From positions 420,001 to 452,000 of the forward strand of contig NC_017459.1 in NCBI RefSeq assembly GCF_000237865.1: a stretch of 32,000 bases of DNA. The letters are read 5' to 3'. Under the pieces are notes generated by a model. The model worked only from the letters and a program-made list of their open reading frames with translations. It did not search any database and was not told the DNA's origin. Origin of the DNA: Haloquadratum walsbyi C23. Its GTDB lineage: Archaea; Halobacteriota; Halobacteria; Halobacteriales; Haloferacaceae. Numbering within the stretch: the first letter of the stretch is position 1; each line of letters opens with the position of its first letter. Both the position numbers and the translations under genes were made by a program. Below are positions 9,141 through 17,818 of the stretch, in pieces.

Positions 9141-9572
9141 CATCCTCCTCCGGGTTCACGCGGAGGAATCCCGAGCGGTGGGAGTTTCAGGTTTCACACT
9201 CCCACCCCCACCGAACAACCAGCCAGTGCGAATCTGAAGGGTTGTTCGCGGTCTGAGGCGGGGGCGGGGGCGGGGGCGGGTGGGACTGCTGGCGGTGCCA
9301 AGCCGCCGGTACTCCTACTCCTATTCTCGACCATGTACGGCGTCCAAGCGCAAGCGTTGTTTTTGCCGCAGGGACGCCGGCAGGCGTTAGCAAACTCGGA
9401 GTTACTTTCAATGTTGCTTCCAAGCAGTCGGGCACAGCATCTGCATCTGCATCGGTTCATTATCGGAACCGACCGTTCACCAGACTGATTCCGATGATTG
9501 CCTGATTGCTTGGGGCGGACAGGCCGCCATCGTAGGACTGGCGGGAATCGCTCTGTTTCCAACCGATTCCTC
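9141..9572. other. GC-rich, stem-dense non-coding island (candidate structured RNA or IS-end-derived relic; family unknown)
   Basis: No halophile-like ORF in any frame. It contains many perfect 6-9 bp stems, its ends are complementary (GAGGAATC 9163-9170 / GATTCCTC 9565-9572), and it has a G-run tract. See findings. Confidence 0.35.
9260..9284 (+). repeat. (GGGGGC)3-GGG-T-GGG tract, G-quadruplex-type motif
   Basis: Read directly: five G-runs of 3-5 nt separated by single nucleotides. Confidence 0.85.
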
Positions 9573-9594
9573 TTTTATTGTGTGATCACCTGTC

Positions 9595-9602
9595 ATTTAA
9601 AT
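9595..9602 (-). promoter_or_regulatory. TATA-like ATTTAAAT centred ~26 nt from the 9572 end of the GC-rich island
   Basis: The spacing fits an archaeal TATA-to-TSS distance for a minus-strand transcript. The box is palindromic, so its direction is not proven. Confidence 0.3.
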
Positions 9603-9658
9603 GTATGTATTTTGAAATTTGAATCGAGCGACAACAGTAGGATTTTGTGGGGCGTGAC

Positions 9659-9804
9659 GGCGCGTATCCACGGCCTGTGGTGCTCCTGAAAACTTATTGA
9701 GGAATTCAATTCAAAATCTTGTCATAGAGTAGCTGCTGATACTGTTGCGTCGGACCGATGGTTCAAAATGTTTCATGGAGTACTAAAGGCCGTGGTATTG
9801 CGCC
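9659..9804. repeat. imperfect inverted repeat GGCGC-N4-CCACGGCCT / AGGCCGTGG-N4-GCGCC bounding ~110 bp
   Basis: 9659-9676 versus the reverse complement of 9787-9804 gives 14 of 18 matches (9 + 5 contiguous). Confidence 0.35.
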
Positions 9805-9969
9805 TGCTCAGCATATAATTCATCCATTAATACCGACAGTATCGATGGTATAATACACGCTCATGCTGCAAATGAGGGCGAAGAGAATCATAATGATGAT
9901 TATAGATTGGATTGCAGTTTCGCTAGCTGATAGAAAAACAATTTATGACCGACTAGCGTAGCTATACAT

Positions 9970-10233
9970 ATGGACGAAGAAACGAAACAGGGAGATATAT
10001 TCGGCGTCCCGTATAATTTCGAACGACCATCGCTCGGGCGACTAATAGCCGCTCGCTGGCAACCCGATTCGGGGATGATCGTCAAAAAACCGTTTGGAAT
10101 CGGGTATACACTCAACCTTGCAAACTGGCGGTCATGGGTTGCACTTCTTGTTGTTGGGCTACTGCTCTTTCAAGAAGAACGAGGTAACAGTGAATCTGAA
10201 GATGATAGCCCTGTTGAGGTTATTGTTGACTGA
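9970..10233 (+). CDS. small membrane protein, DUF5808-like (family name from memory)
   Basis: 87 aa. FGVPYNFERPSLGRL...WQPDSGMIVKKPFGIGYTLNL is followed by one TM helix and an acidic tail. Confidence 0.65.
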   Translation: MDEETKQGDIFGVPYNFERPSLGRLIAARWQPDSGMIVKKPFGIGYTLNLANWRSWVALLVVGLLLFQEERGNSESEDDSPVEVIVD

Positions 10234-10269
10234 TCCGCGCGTATTCCGACGCTTATTGATACAGTCAAT

Positions 10270-10950
10270 ATGGAAGTTCATGCCAACAGTATACCGAGTG
10301 AAATCACAGCAGTTACGAATCAACACACGGTGGCACTATTCGTGAGTGCTGACATACTCCGATACGTTACGACAAATAGTGGGAAAGTCCGCGAAGCTCG
10401 ACAATATCTTGACCCAGACGCAATTAAATCGTTGTCCTATGATTATACCGAGATTCAGGCGACATCCCTCCGTCCAATTGCAGCAACCGGAGCTCATGAA
10501 GCATATCATTATACCGATTCGCCAGTGCTCGTTGATGATGCTGGGTTGTTTATCGATGATTTTGATGGGTTTCCCGGTCCATACTCTGCCTTTGTCGAGA
10601 ATACACTTGGTGTAAAGACTGTACAGCGCGTCGTTGAAAGTGAATCTGAGATATCAAGAGATGCTACTTTTCGATGTGTCCTTGCATACTGTGATGGAGA
10701 GGCAATTGAGCCATCAGATGATGAGTACCTAAACACAAATACAGATACAGAGACACCTCCAGTGAAACTATTCACTGGAGAAGTAAGCGGTCGTATTGTT
10801 CCCCCCCGGGGTAACGGTGGTTTTGGATATGACCCGATTTTCGAATATGATGGCATGACACTTGCTGAGCGTGATGCTGCTGAGAAAAACGAAATTTCAC
10901 ATCGTGGTCGCGCGTTGACAGCATTTGCTGAATGGTTCCAAGCGCGTTGA
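10270..10950 (+). CDS. rdgB: non-canonical purine NTP pyrophosphatase (RdgB/HAM1 family)
   Basis: Motifs TTNSGKVREA, VDDAGLFID, FPGPYSA, GFGYDPIF and SHRGRAL. The true start is probably the in-frame GTG at 10342 (VSADILRYVTTN). Confidence 0.9.
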   Translation: MEVHANSIPSEITAVTNQHTVALFVSADILRYVTTNSGKVREARQYLDPDAIKSLSYDYTEIQATSLRPIAATGAHEAYHYTDSPVLVDDAGLFIDDFDGFPGPYSAFVENTLGVKTVQRVVESESEISRDATFRCVLAYCDGEAIEPSDDEYLNTNTDTETPPVKLFTGEVSGRIVPPRGNGGFGYDPIFEYDGMTLAERDAAEKNEISHRGRALTAFAEWFQAR

Positions 10951-11029
10951 CATCTCCTACCACTCTGAGCGTCAACACTATCTCGTAACTTTATATCATC
11001 CTTATTATGCCCAAGCCGCGATTATGCAA

Positions 11030-11779
11030 TCATTGCATTCGCGAACCCCGATCAGGACCGGGGTAAGTATCAGTATCAGTATCACTGACGGTGGCATTAT
11101 ACAATCGGTCAGGTGAAAATACCGCTGTATATGCCGCTGGGTCACGAACGCTGACCGGGAACTGCCCACGAAGCGATGCACCCGCTTGGACTGACCGCAG
11201 TTGGTCATTGAATGAAAGAATATGCATAGCACCACCTCGGTATGCTGTTGCTAGTGCCGGATGATCATCAGGTGGATGTGTTACAATCGAGCACCAATCT
11301 GTCATATGCGCTCGCCATTCACGAGCGAGTTGATCTGTGGCTAATGTTGCGATGAGCGCTTGTGCATCGGTGAGTAATGTGTTGCTCGCAAAGAGCGTCA
11401 TCCATGAATGCGTCCAGAGAATTTCAATTGCTTGTCGAGCATCAGTATCGCTCCCACAGAGAAAATCAGCGACGAAAACATCCGCATCAACCACAACAGA
11501 TGTCGGCATTGGATCCGTAGCCGGTTCAGTAATACTCAGCTCAGACTCTGTCTGCGGTTCCTGTGCAGATATGGATGCTGACTCGGGCGGCGTTGGCGGT
11601 TTATTATCTCCCGTCTGACGTTCAGTGTCTGTCTGATACTCGCTGTTTTCAGAGGACTCTAACCTATCTGTTCGCCGGTCGTCAAGCAGTTGTTTGATTT
11701 GTGTCCGACCAATATCACCGTGTTCATTCATTAAATCAGCTGCCCGCTTGAGAAGCGTGCTCCACGAGTCTGTATTCAT
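11030..11779 (-). CDS. hypothetical protein, possible PIN-like C-terminal domain
   Basis: 249 aa, acidic, with a low-complexity linker. VVVDADVFVADFL...DARQAIEIL resembles the first strand/helix of PIN-like folds. The function assignment is weak. Confidence 0.5.
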   Translation of the reverse strand: MNTDSWSTLLKRAADLMNEHGDIGRTQIKQLLDDRRTDRLESSENSEYQTDTERQTGDNKPPTPPESASISAQEPQTESELSITEPATDPMPTSVVVDADVFVADFLCGSDTDARQAIEILWTHSWMTLFASNTLLTDAQALIATLATDQLAREWRAHMTDWCSIVTHPPDDHPALATAYRGGAMHILSFNDQLRSVQAGASLRGQFPVSVRDPAAYTAVFSPDRLYNATVSDTDTDTYPGPDRGSRMQ

Positions 11780-12127
11780 ACAACCATCTAACCCCTACAT
11801 GGATAGAAGCATAACGACCATACTGGGGCGCGGTGATGCAGATCAGTGTGAAATACCTGATAACCGATTGACCGTATGATCATATACCACCTGCAAACTG
11901 AATTACCTCGGGGACAAGCTCCCGAGGATTTACCATTTTGAGTCTGTACTGCACCGCACCGAACCCGCAGGCGAATTTAATTCTCCTCGATCTCCCCCTG
12001 AAGGGATCGACTGGAATTCACACCCGAATACTTGCTGTGTCCGTGAGGGTCGGCAGCTCTGTCTCGCCCAAAACAGTCACGGCGGGCATGAATTTAGTGT
12101 GTGGATGACATCAAGATGTAGAACCAG

Positions 12128-12787
12128 TCAATTATCACCCATGAGTGTCCGTCGGACTTCTATAAGGTTATTTTGCTCAACGACGAGTGCGAGTCTATCA
12201 CCACTTTTGATTATTGTGGCTGGTAATGGAATCGTCATCGGCTCGTTTGCCCGACCATGTGCGTATATACGTCCATGATCGCCCAGTTCAATCTCATTCA
12301 CCGTTTGATCAATGATCGGAGCATCAACCGGGACTGAAAGACTTGTTAAACTCAGCCCCTCAGTAAGCTCATCAAGCACGTTGAAGTTACCACCGAGAAG
12401 TGCGGTTTTAGCGCCCGCAGCTCCTAGCCGCTCTGGGTCGATTACGTCATCAACATCAGATTCATATTGTTCATATACATTTGAATTGATATCCTCGCTA
12501 ATACGCATCACGACCCGACAACCATGCTGCTTTCCGGTCAAACAGGCAGCAAAATTAACCGTTGGGTCGTCGGTGAGTCCTCCAAGTGCAACGGCTTCAT
12601 CGATACCCGCTTGTTTCAACACTGAAGCATCACTTCCGTCCCCTTCGATGACATCAAACCCGGCGTTATCAGCATGTGTAATTTTATCTGGGTCATTGTC
12701 AACAACAACGACATTGTATCCGTCTGTCTCAAGAATCTGTGCAGTCCGTGCGCCGACGCGCCCATACCCGACAATAACAAATGACAT
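12128..12787 (-). CDS. trkA: TrkA-type K+ transport NAD-binding protein (TrkA-N + TrkA-C)
   Basis: Rossmann motif IVGYGRVGARTA, plus a C-terminal RCK_C-like segment (...GDRLALVVEQ). Confidence 0.9.
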   Translation of the reverse strand: MSFVIVGYGRVGARTAQILETDGYNVVVVDNDPDKITHADNAGFDVIEGDGSDASVLKQAGIDEAVALGGLTDDPTVNFAACLTGKQHGCRVVMRISEDINSNVYEQYESDVDDVIDPERLGAAGAKTALLGGNFNVLDELTEGLSLTSLSVPVDAPIIDQTVNEIELGDHGRIYAHGRANEPMTIPLPATIIKSGDRLALVVEQNNLIEVRRTLMGDN

Positions 12788-12916
12788 ATCAAATTGTGAT
12801 GTTCTACGAATACAAAATACTATACCGTCTTTTAGCGTCTGCAGAGAACGTCAGTATACTTTATCCCGAGGATGAATATAATACAGTTGTCTATTCCTTT
12901 CAGTCAGTTGTCTGAG

Positions 12917-13585
12917 TCATCGCCTATGCAATCGAAAGCTGGCGGCAATAAGGATAATTCCCACCGCTGCAATCGCAGTGATAGCAGTGAATCCAGGTGT
13001 TTCTGTTGTCTGTGTGGGTGATGGTGCCGCTGTGATGGTTGATCTTGTTGGGGTTTGTGTTGGGGTCGGCGTTGGTGTTGATGTTGACGTTGATGTTGCC
13101 GTCGGTGTTGCTGTTGGTGTCATATCTGGCGTAGCCGTCGGAGTAGGCGTCGACGCAACGATATTTACTGCTTTGATATCTGTTTCATCACCGGTCGATG
13201 CTTCAATTGTATACGAGCCGGGTTCGATGTCACCCAACTCAATCGTCACGCGCCATTCACCGGATTCACCCCACTGCTCGTCACTCGCGACCGTGACAAT
13301 ATCACCGCCATCACGACGTAATTCAACGATAATCACAGCATTATCTGGATCTCGATTTGTCACTCCACTAACAGTAAAGTCAGATCCAACTGTCACTGTT
13401 TGTGCACTCTGATTTTCGTTGATTCTCTCAATTTCGACATTTGCCTGTGTGAGCTCGATTCCTGTCACAGCTGTTGTCGAGCCGATGAATCCGACAGTCA
13501 AGCATAAAACGATGAGTGTTAACAGAAGCACCGATTTAATGTGATCTCTATCAATAGTAGCGCTGATAAGTCGTTTCAGTGACAT
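12917..13585 (-). CDS. secreted/surface protein with Thr/Pro linker and PGF-CTERM anchor signal
   Basis: N-terminal TM/signal (LLLTLIVLCLTVGFIGS), a TPTPTATP... linker, and the C-terminal TPGFTAITAIAAVGIILIAASFRLHRR, which is the PGF-CTERM archaeosortase signal. Confidence 0.85.
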   Translation of the reverse strand: MSLKRLISATIDRDHIKSVLLLTLIVLCLTVGFIGSTTAVTGIELTQANVEIERINENQSAQTVTVGSDFTVSGVTNRDPDNAVIIVELRRDGGDIVTVASDEQWGESGEWRVTIELGDIEPGSYTIEASTGDETDIKAVNIVASTPTPTATPDMTPTATPTATSTSTSTPTPTPTQTPTRSTITAAPSPTQTTETPGFTAITAIAAVGIILIAASFRLHRR

Positions 13586-13760
13586 TTATTGATCGCCTTA
13601 CATAAAGTACTCTACTCTCTCGATACTCGAATGTGTTGTTACTACATCATGTACATATACTAGTGTCATACTCATCGTTATAACCACAACAAGCCATAAT
13701 ATTAGAGGTTGAGACTGGGCGCACTCAATCCACAAAATTCGCCAAGCAATAACAAGAAAA

Positions 13761-13841
13761 CGCCGGAACAGGGATTTGAACCCTGGATCCCAGAGGGAAC
13801 ACGCTTTCCAGGCGTGCGCCTTACCACTCGGCCATTCCGGC
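13761..13841 (-). tRNA. tRNA-Ser (anticodon GGA), class II with long variable arm
   Basis: The reverse complement reads GCCGGAA TG GCC..GGC G CACGC CTGGAAA GCGTG TTCCCTCTGGGATC CAGGG TTCAAAT CCCTG TTCCGGC G. All four stems pair, the anticodon loop is CU-GGA-AA, and a T-run follows the 3' end. Confidence 0.9.
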
Positions 13842-13869
13842 TCTATTTAAATATAGTATATCATGCTGA

Positions 13870-14073
13870 TTAAAATCTTCTGTTCGATAATAGCCGGACC
13901 TCGAATATATATGCAGTGCTCGCCACTATGATACCAATCATCACTGCAATGGCTACAAGTATCCAGAGACCGATATTTACCGGTCCGATAAGTAAGTAAT
14001 ACGCTTGGATTAATACACCAAATAACAGAATGCCAAGGAGACCCCAGAGGAGTGCAGATATAATCCGTTTCAT
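13870..14073 (-). CDS. small two-TM membrane protein (hypothetical)
   Basis: 67 aa with two hydrophobic helices. There is no competing ORF. Confidence 0.45.
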   Translation of the reverse strand: MKRIISALLWGLLGILLFGVLIQAYYLLIGPVNIGLWILVAIAVMIGIIVASTAYIFEVRLLSNRRF

Positions 14074-14262
14074 TACTGAATCAGCAGCAAACCCTGTTAC
14101 TCACAGCATGTGAATATAATGCAAAGAGTATTAGATATGATTGATCTGTCTCCAAACACGACATAGAAAAATTATCTGAAGCTATCTACTCTAATATATC
14201 GTTTGCTACATGTTGCATGCTATGATGATGATGAATCAAAAAGAAACCACATTGATACTGTG

Positions 14263-15474
14263 CTATACGAGTACCTCAACCGTATATCCGGACTCCCGAA
14301 GCGCAGATAATATCGTGTCGATATGGTCGTGTCCACGCGTTTCAAGATCTATCTCTACATCTGCCTCGTTCATTTCAACAGTTCGAGATGTCCTATCGTG
14401 TTGAATGGCATATATGTTCGCTTGGTAATCAGCGAGGATTGCAACGAGTTCCTCAAGCGCTCCCGGATAGTCTTCAAGTACTGTCCTGATACGCAGATAC
14501 CGTCCAGTCTCAACAAGACCACGGATAAGAACAGTGGTTAGTCGATTCATATCGATATTGCCACCACATAATGCTGGAACAATTGTTTCGTTATTGCTAT
14601 AATCAAATGCATCAGCAAGGACAGCAGCCATTGCAACAGCGCCAGCTCCCTCAACGAGCGTTTTTGAACGCTCAAGAATATACGTTACCGCGACAGCAAT
14701 CTCATCATCAGTTACCGTCACAACATCATCAACACGGTCATCAATCACTGCAAATGGACGATCACCAATTCGACGTGTTGCGATTCCATCTGCAATTGTA
14801 TTTACTGTCTCAAGTTTGTGAATTGAGCCGCTCGCGAGTGATTTCCGAGCAGATGCAGCGCCCTCCGCTTGCACACCAATAACTCGGATATCTGGATTAT
14901 GCGCGGTCACAGCTGTTGCAATACCAGCAATCAGTCCACCGCCACCAATAGGCACTACAACAGTCTCAACATCAGGACAGTCCTCGATGATCTCAAGTCC
15001 AATTGTGCCTTGTCCTGCCATAACAGCTTTATCATCGAATGCATGCACATACGTCTGTCTAGATTCCTCAGCGAGTTGATGTGCATACGCCTGTGCTTCA
15101 TCATAATCTGTCCCTTGAAGTACAGTATCACCACCATACCGCTCTGTGGCTTCAATTTTTGAAACAGGTGCTTGCTCAGGCATAACAATCGTTGCATCAA
15201 CACCGGCGCGTGATGCTGCCAGTGCGACCCCTTGTGCATGATTCCCAGCACTTGCTGTGACGACGCCAGCAGCTTGTTCATCGGCTGAAAGCTTTGCAAT
15301 ACGATTTGTCGCACCTCGAATTTTAAACGCACCAGTTCGCTGTGTATTCTCAAGCTTTAGATGGATATCAGCACCTGTCATGGAACTAAATGTCGGTGAG
15401 CGCTGCATTGGAGTGCGTCTCACAACCGACATGATCCGGTCGCGCGCGGCTTCGATATCAGCAACTTCGAGCAT
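14263..15474 (-). CDS. ilvA: threonine ammonia-lyase (threonine dehydratase) with C-terminal ACT-like domain
   Basis: PLP-lysine motif TGAFKIRGA, glycine loop PIGGGGLIAG, 403 aa. Confidence 0.9.
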   Translation of the reverse strand: MLEVADIEAARDRIMSVVRRTPMQRSPTFSSMTGADIHLKLENTQRTGAFKIRGATNRIAKLSADEQAAGVVTASAGNHAQGVALAASRAGVDATIVMPEQAPVSKIEATERYGGDTVLQGTDYDEAQAYAHQLAEESRQTYVHAFDDKAVMAGQGTIGLEIIEDCPDVETVVVPIGGGGLIAGIATAVTAHNPDIRVIGVQAEGAASARKSLASGSIHKLETVNTIADGIATRRIGDRPFAVIDDRVDDVVTVTDDEIAVAVTYILERSKTLVEGAGAVAMAAVLADAFDYSNNETIVPALCGGNIDMNRLTTVLIRGLVETGRYLRIRTVLEDYPGALEELVAILADYQANIYAIQHDRTSRTVEMNEADVEIDLETRGHDHIDTILSALRESGYTVEVLV

Positions 15475-15753
15475 TCAAATATATGCGATGGTACAGCGCT
15501 GCCTAATACTGTCGCTATTAATAATATAGCTATGCAATGATGGAATCTATCCATCTTGAGAAGACATGCTACCACTCATACATATATCATATATCAAAAG
15601 TGGGGGAAAGGGGGAATGCACGCATGTGACGTGCAAGTGTAATCATAATCCGCAGATACATAAATATCCGCCATGTGGAGTGAAAGTAAAAATCAACAGA
15701 CAGAGGATTATTTATACAATAGTTTCACTCCGCCTTATTCGAGTGTATATGAA

Positions 15754-16890
15754 TCAACGTTCTTCGACAGATTTGAACATTTCATCTTCATTGCCAACAT
15801 ATCGGGCTCGAGGTCGAATCAGTCGATTTTCATCATATTGTTCGAACGTGTGTGCAATCCACCCAGCAGTCCGTGCCATTGCAAAAATTGGCGTATAGAT
15901 ATCGATGGGAATTCCCATTTGATAATATGTTGATGCAGAGTAAAAGTCTACATTCGGGGCAAGTCCTTTATGATCGTCAATGTATTCCTCAATCGTAATT
16001 GAATAATTATACCAACACATTTCACCAGCAGCCTCTGCAAGTTCTTTTGAGCGCTCACCAAGAATTCTCGCACGTGGATCTTTAACATTATACACTCGGT
16101 GACCAAAGCCTGGAACCCGTCTTCCAGATTCAAGTGCGTCTTCAATCCACGTTACTGCGTCAGCATCGCTAGCATGAACCTCTTTGAGCATCCGCATCAC
16201 ATTTGCATTTGCACCACCGTGTAATGATCCCGAGAGAGTTCCAACCGCAGTAGTGATTGCGCAATGCAGATCGGATAACGTCGAGGCTGTCACTTTCGCC
16301 GAAAATGTGGAGGCATTGAGTCCATGGTCCGCATGTAAAACAAGTGCCATATCGAACGTTTCTGCAAGTACTGGGTCAGGTTCGGACCCATTCAGCATGT
16401 ATAAGAAGTTTGCGGCATGGTCTAAATCAGGTCGTGGTGTGACCGGGTCATTACCCTCTCGACACCGCTGAAGTGCTGCAAGGGCTGTTGGGAGTTTAGC
16501 GGCAATCCGTCGCGCTTTTCGCGCATTTGCCTCGTGATCTGTCACTTCAGCATCAGCATCAGGGTCATATGCTGAAAGTGTCGAAACGATTGTTCGTAGC
16601 GCAGCCATTGGGGATTCATCAGCAGCAGCCAACCGCTCAATTTGCTCATATACACCCGTATTGATTGTTCGCTCCTCAATCATTGCATCAGTAAATGACT
16701 GAAGTTCATCACCAGTCGGAAGTCGACCATGCCATAGCAGATAGACGACTTCCTCATATGACGCTTTTTGAGCGAGGTCTTCGATGCTATATCCTCGATA
16801 GACGAGTTCTCCAGCATCACCGTCAATACAGCTGAGTTCCGACTCAGCAACGAGAACATCTTCCAGCCCACGTTTAACCTCGTCTGACAT
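15754..16890 (-). CDS. citZ: citrate synthase
   Basis: Motifs LVLHADHGLNAST and PGFGHRVYNVKDPRA, 378 aa. Confidence 0.95.
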   Translation of the reverse strand: MSDEVKRGLEDVLVAESELSCIDGDAGELVYRGYSIEDLAQKASYEEVVYLLWHGRLPTGDELQSFTDAMIEERTINTGVYEQIERLAAADESPMAALRTIVSTLSAYDPDADAEVTDHEANARKARRIAAKLPTALAALQRCREGNDPVTPRPDLDHAANFLYMLNGSEPDPVLAETFDMALVLHADHGLNASTFSAKVTASTLSDLHCAITTAVGTLSGSLHGGANANVMRMLKEVHASDADAVTWIEDALESGRRVPGFGHRVYNVKDPRARILGERSKELAEAAGEMCWYNYSITIEEYIDDHKGLAPNVDFYSASTYYQMGIPIDIYTPIFAMARTAGWIAHTFEQYDENRLIRPRARYVGNEDEMFKSVEER

Positions 16891-17147
16891 ACCATTCGAT
16901 TTTTATCCGTCTGAGAAAAGCGTTATCGTTTACGGACCGTTTGAGCCAGATACAATCACCAAATATCCGACCAAAGCATATTGCAGACAGTTATTCCTCT
17001 GAGCAGAGACGACACTCAGCGTATTGAACGAAGTCTATGCGTATATTAGGACTGTGACGCGATGCGCATAGCGTAAATATGGCGAATGTAATGTATCAAT
17101 CTCAATGACACAGAATATAATTGTGACATCCTCCCCGCCGTAAGCGG

Positions 17148-17400
17148 CTGTCTCTTATTCATAAGTTTGTGGAGTCGTAACCGGACGTTTCAGACACTCT
17201 CAGAGGTATTTTGAACGCAAAAAATCGAGGCGAGAGGCGATTCAGACAGTGATATCGGCTTGGGGGTGACAGAACGCCGGTAATCAACTCCATTACAATT
17301 ATTCCAAAGAGATGTTGAAACTGTAGATACCGAGGATTTCAGTCGTGCTCGCCGATCCCGTTCCACTAAAATCCTGACTCGAGTTGTGGGTAAGAGACAG
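17148..17400. mobile_element. possible MITE-like element with 10-bp perfect terminal inverted repeat CTGTCTCTTA/TAAGAGACAG
   Basis: The TIR was read directly, with partial further matches. A third copy of TAAGAGACAG lies at 6568-6577. Statistical support is weak (see findings). Confidence 0.25.
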
Positions 17401-17468
17401 CGCTAAAGCACACGGGGTTTTAGCGCCTGTCCCATCAATAAGCCAACAGATAGCACAGATCGAGTGTC

Positions 17469-17720
17469 CTAGGATCCAGACGTGAATATGTTATTGACAT
17501 GACCATAGTGTACATCACACCGACTTTGAGTATATACGAGGACTGGCTGATACACATCTAAGCTTGAATATGGGCAGATCTTATAGGAAACTTCCTTGTA
17601 AGCCCAATCTGCAATAAAGTCACGTGAATGACTGGGTATGGTAAAGTAAGCTAGTTCATGAGCATACAGTATCCAGACAATGATTCGAGCGTGAGTGAGC
17701 GAACTCATCGCTGGATTCAT
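17469..17720 (-). pseudogene. C-terminal fragment of a DUF45/YgjP-like metal-dependent hydrolase (HExxH degraded to HELAY)
   Basis: IIVWILYAHELAYFTIPSHSRDF resembles the HELaHl...nHs..F core. An in-frame stop 8 codons upstream of the ATG leaves no room for the N-terminal ~150 aa. Confidence 0.35.
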
Positions 17721-17818
17721 TCCGCAACTAGAGATATATTCTCATTTCACTCGATACACATTTCAATAGTATAACAACTCATCAACTATTTTTATCATCG
17801 CACCACCAATGAATCCAT

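Noticed and set aside
9295-9311. GTGCCAAGCCGCCGGTA resembles the universal 16S rRNA 515-530 region (GTGCCAGCCGCCGCGGTAA).
   Set aside because: It contains indels, and nothing around it resembles 16S rRNA. I treat the resemblance as coincidental.
9141-9572. Identity of the GC-rich island as RNase P RNA or SRP (7S) RNA, as suggested by its size and paired ends.
   Set aside because: On either strand I could not find the universal RNase P elements (GGAAAGUCC and ACAGAA..GGCUUA P4 strands, GGGUGAAA-type loops). I also could not find the SRP helix-8 motif (CAGG..GGAA..AGCAG). It is kept as an unknown element instead.
11880-12127. Spacer with the hairpin CCTCGGG-N8-CCCGAGG, an 83-codon open frame, and a minus-strand peptide (VTVLGETELPTLTDTASIRV*) faintly like a haloarchaeal TnpB C-terminal tail. 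It was considered as another IS1341 right-end relic.
   Set aside because: There is no nucleotide similarity to the TnpB relic at 20.8 kb, and the peptide resemblance rests on my memory of a consensus. It is more simply the trkA terminator and downstream promoter region.
13031-13153. Periodic ACN/CCN repeats that look like a tandem repeat array.
   Set aside because: They encode the Thr/Pro linker of the PGF-CTERM surface protein and are not an independent repeat or CRISPR feature. The same applies to the CCTGAA/CCAGAC repeats at 31925-31962, which encode PEPEPDPDPDPD.
15677-15731. 9-bp inverted repeat GGAGTGAAA/TTTCACTCC downstream of citrate synthase.
   Set aside because: Inverted repeats of this length and spacing are expected by chance several times in 32 kb. 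At most it is a terminator hairpin.
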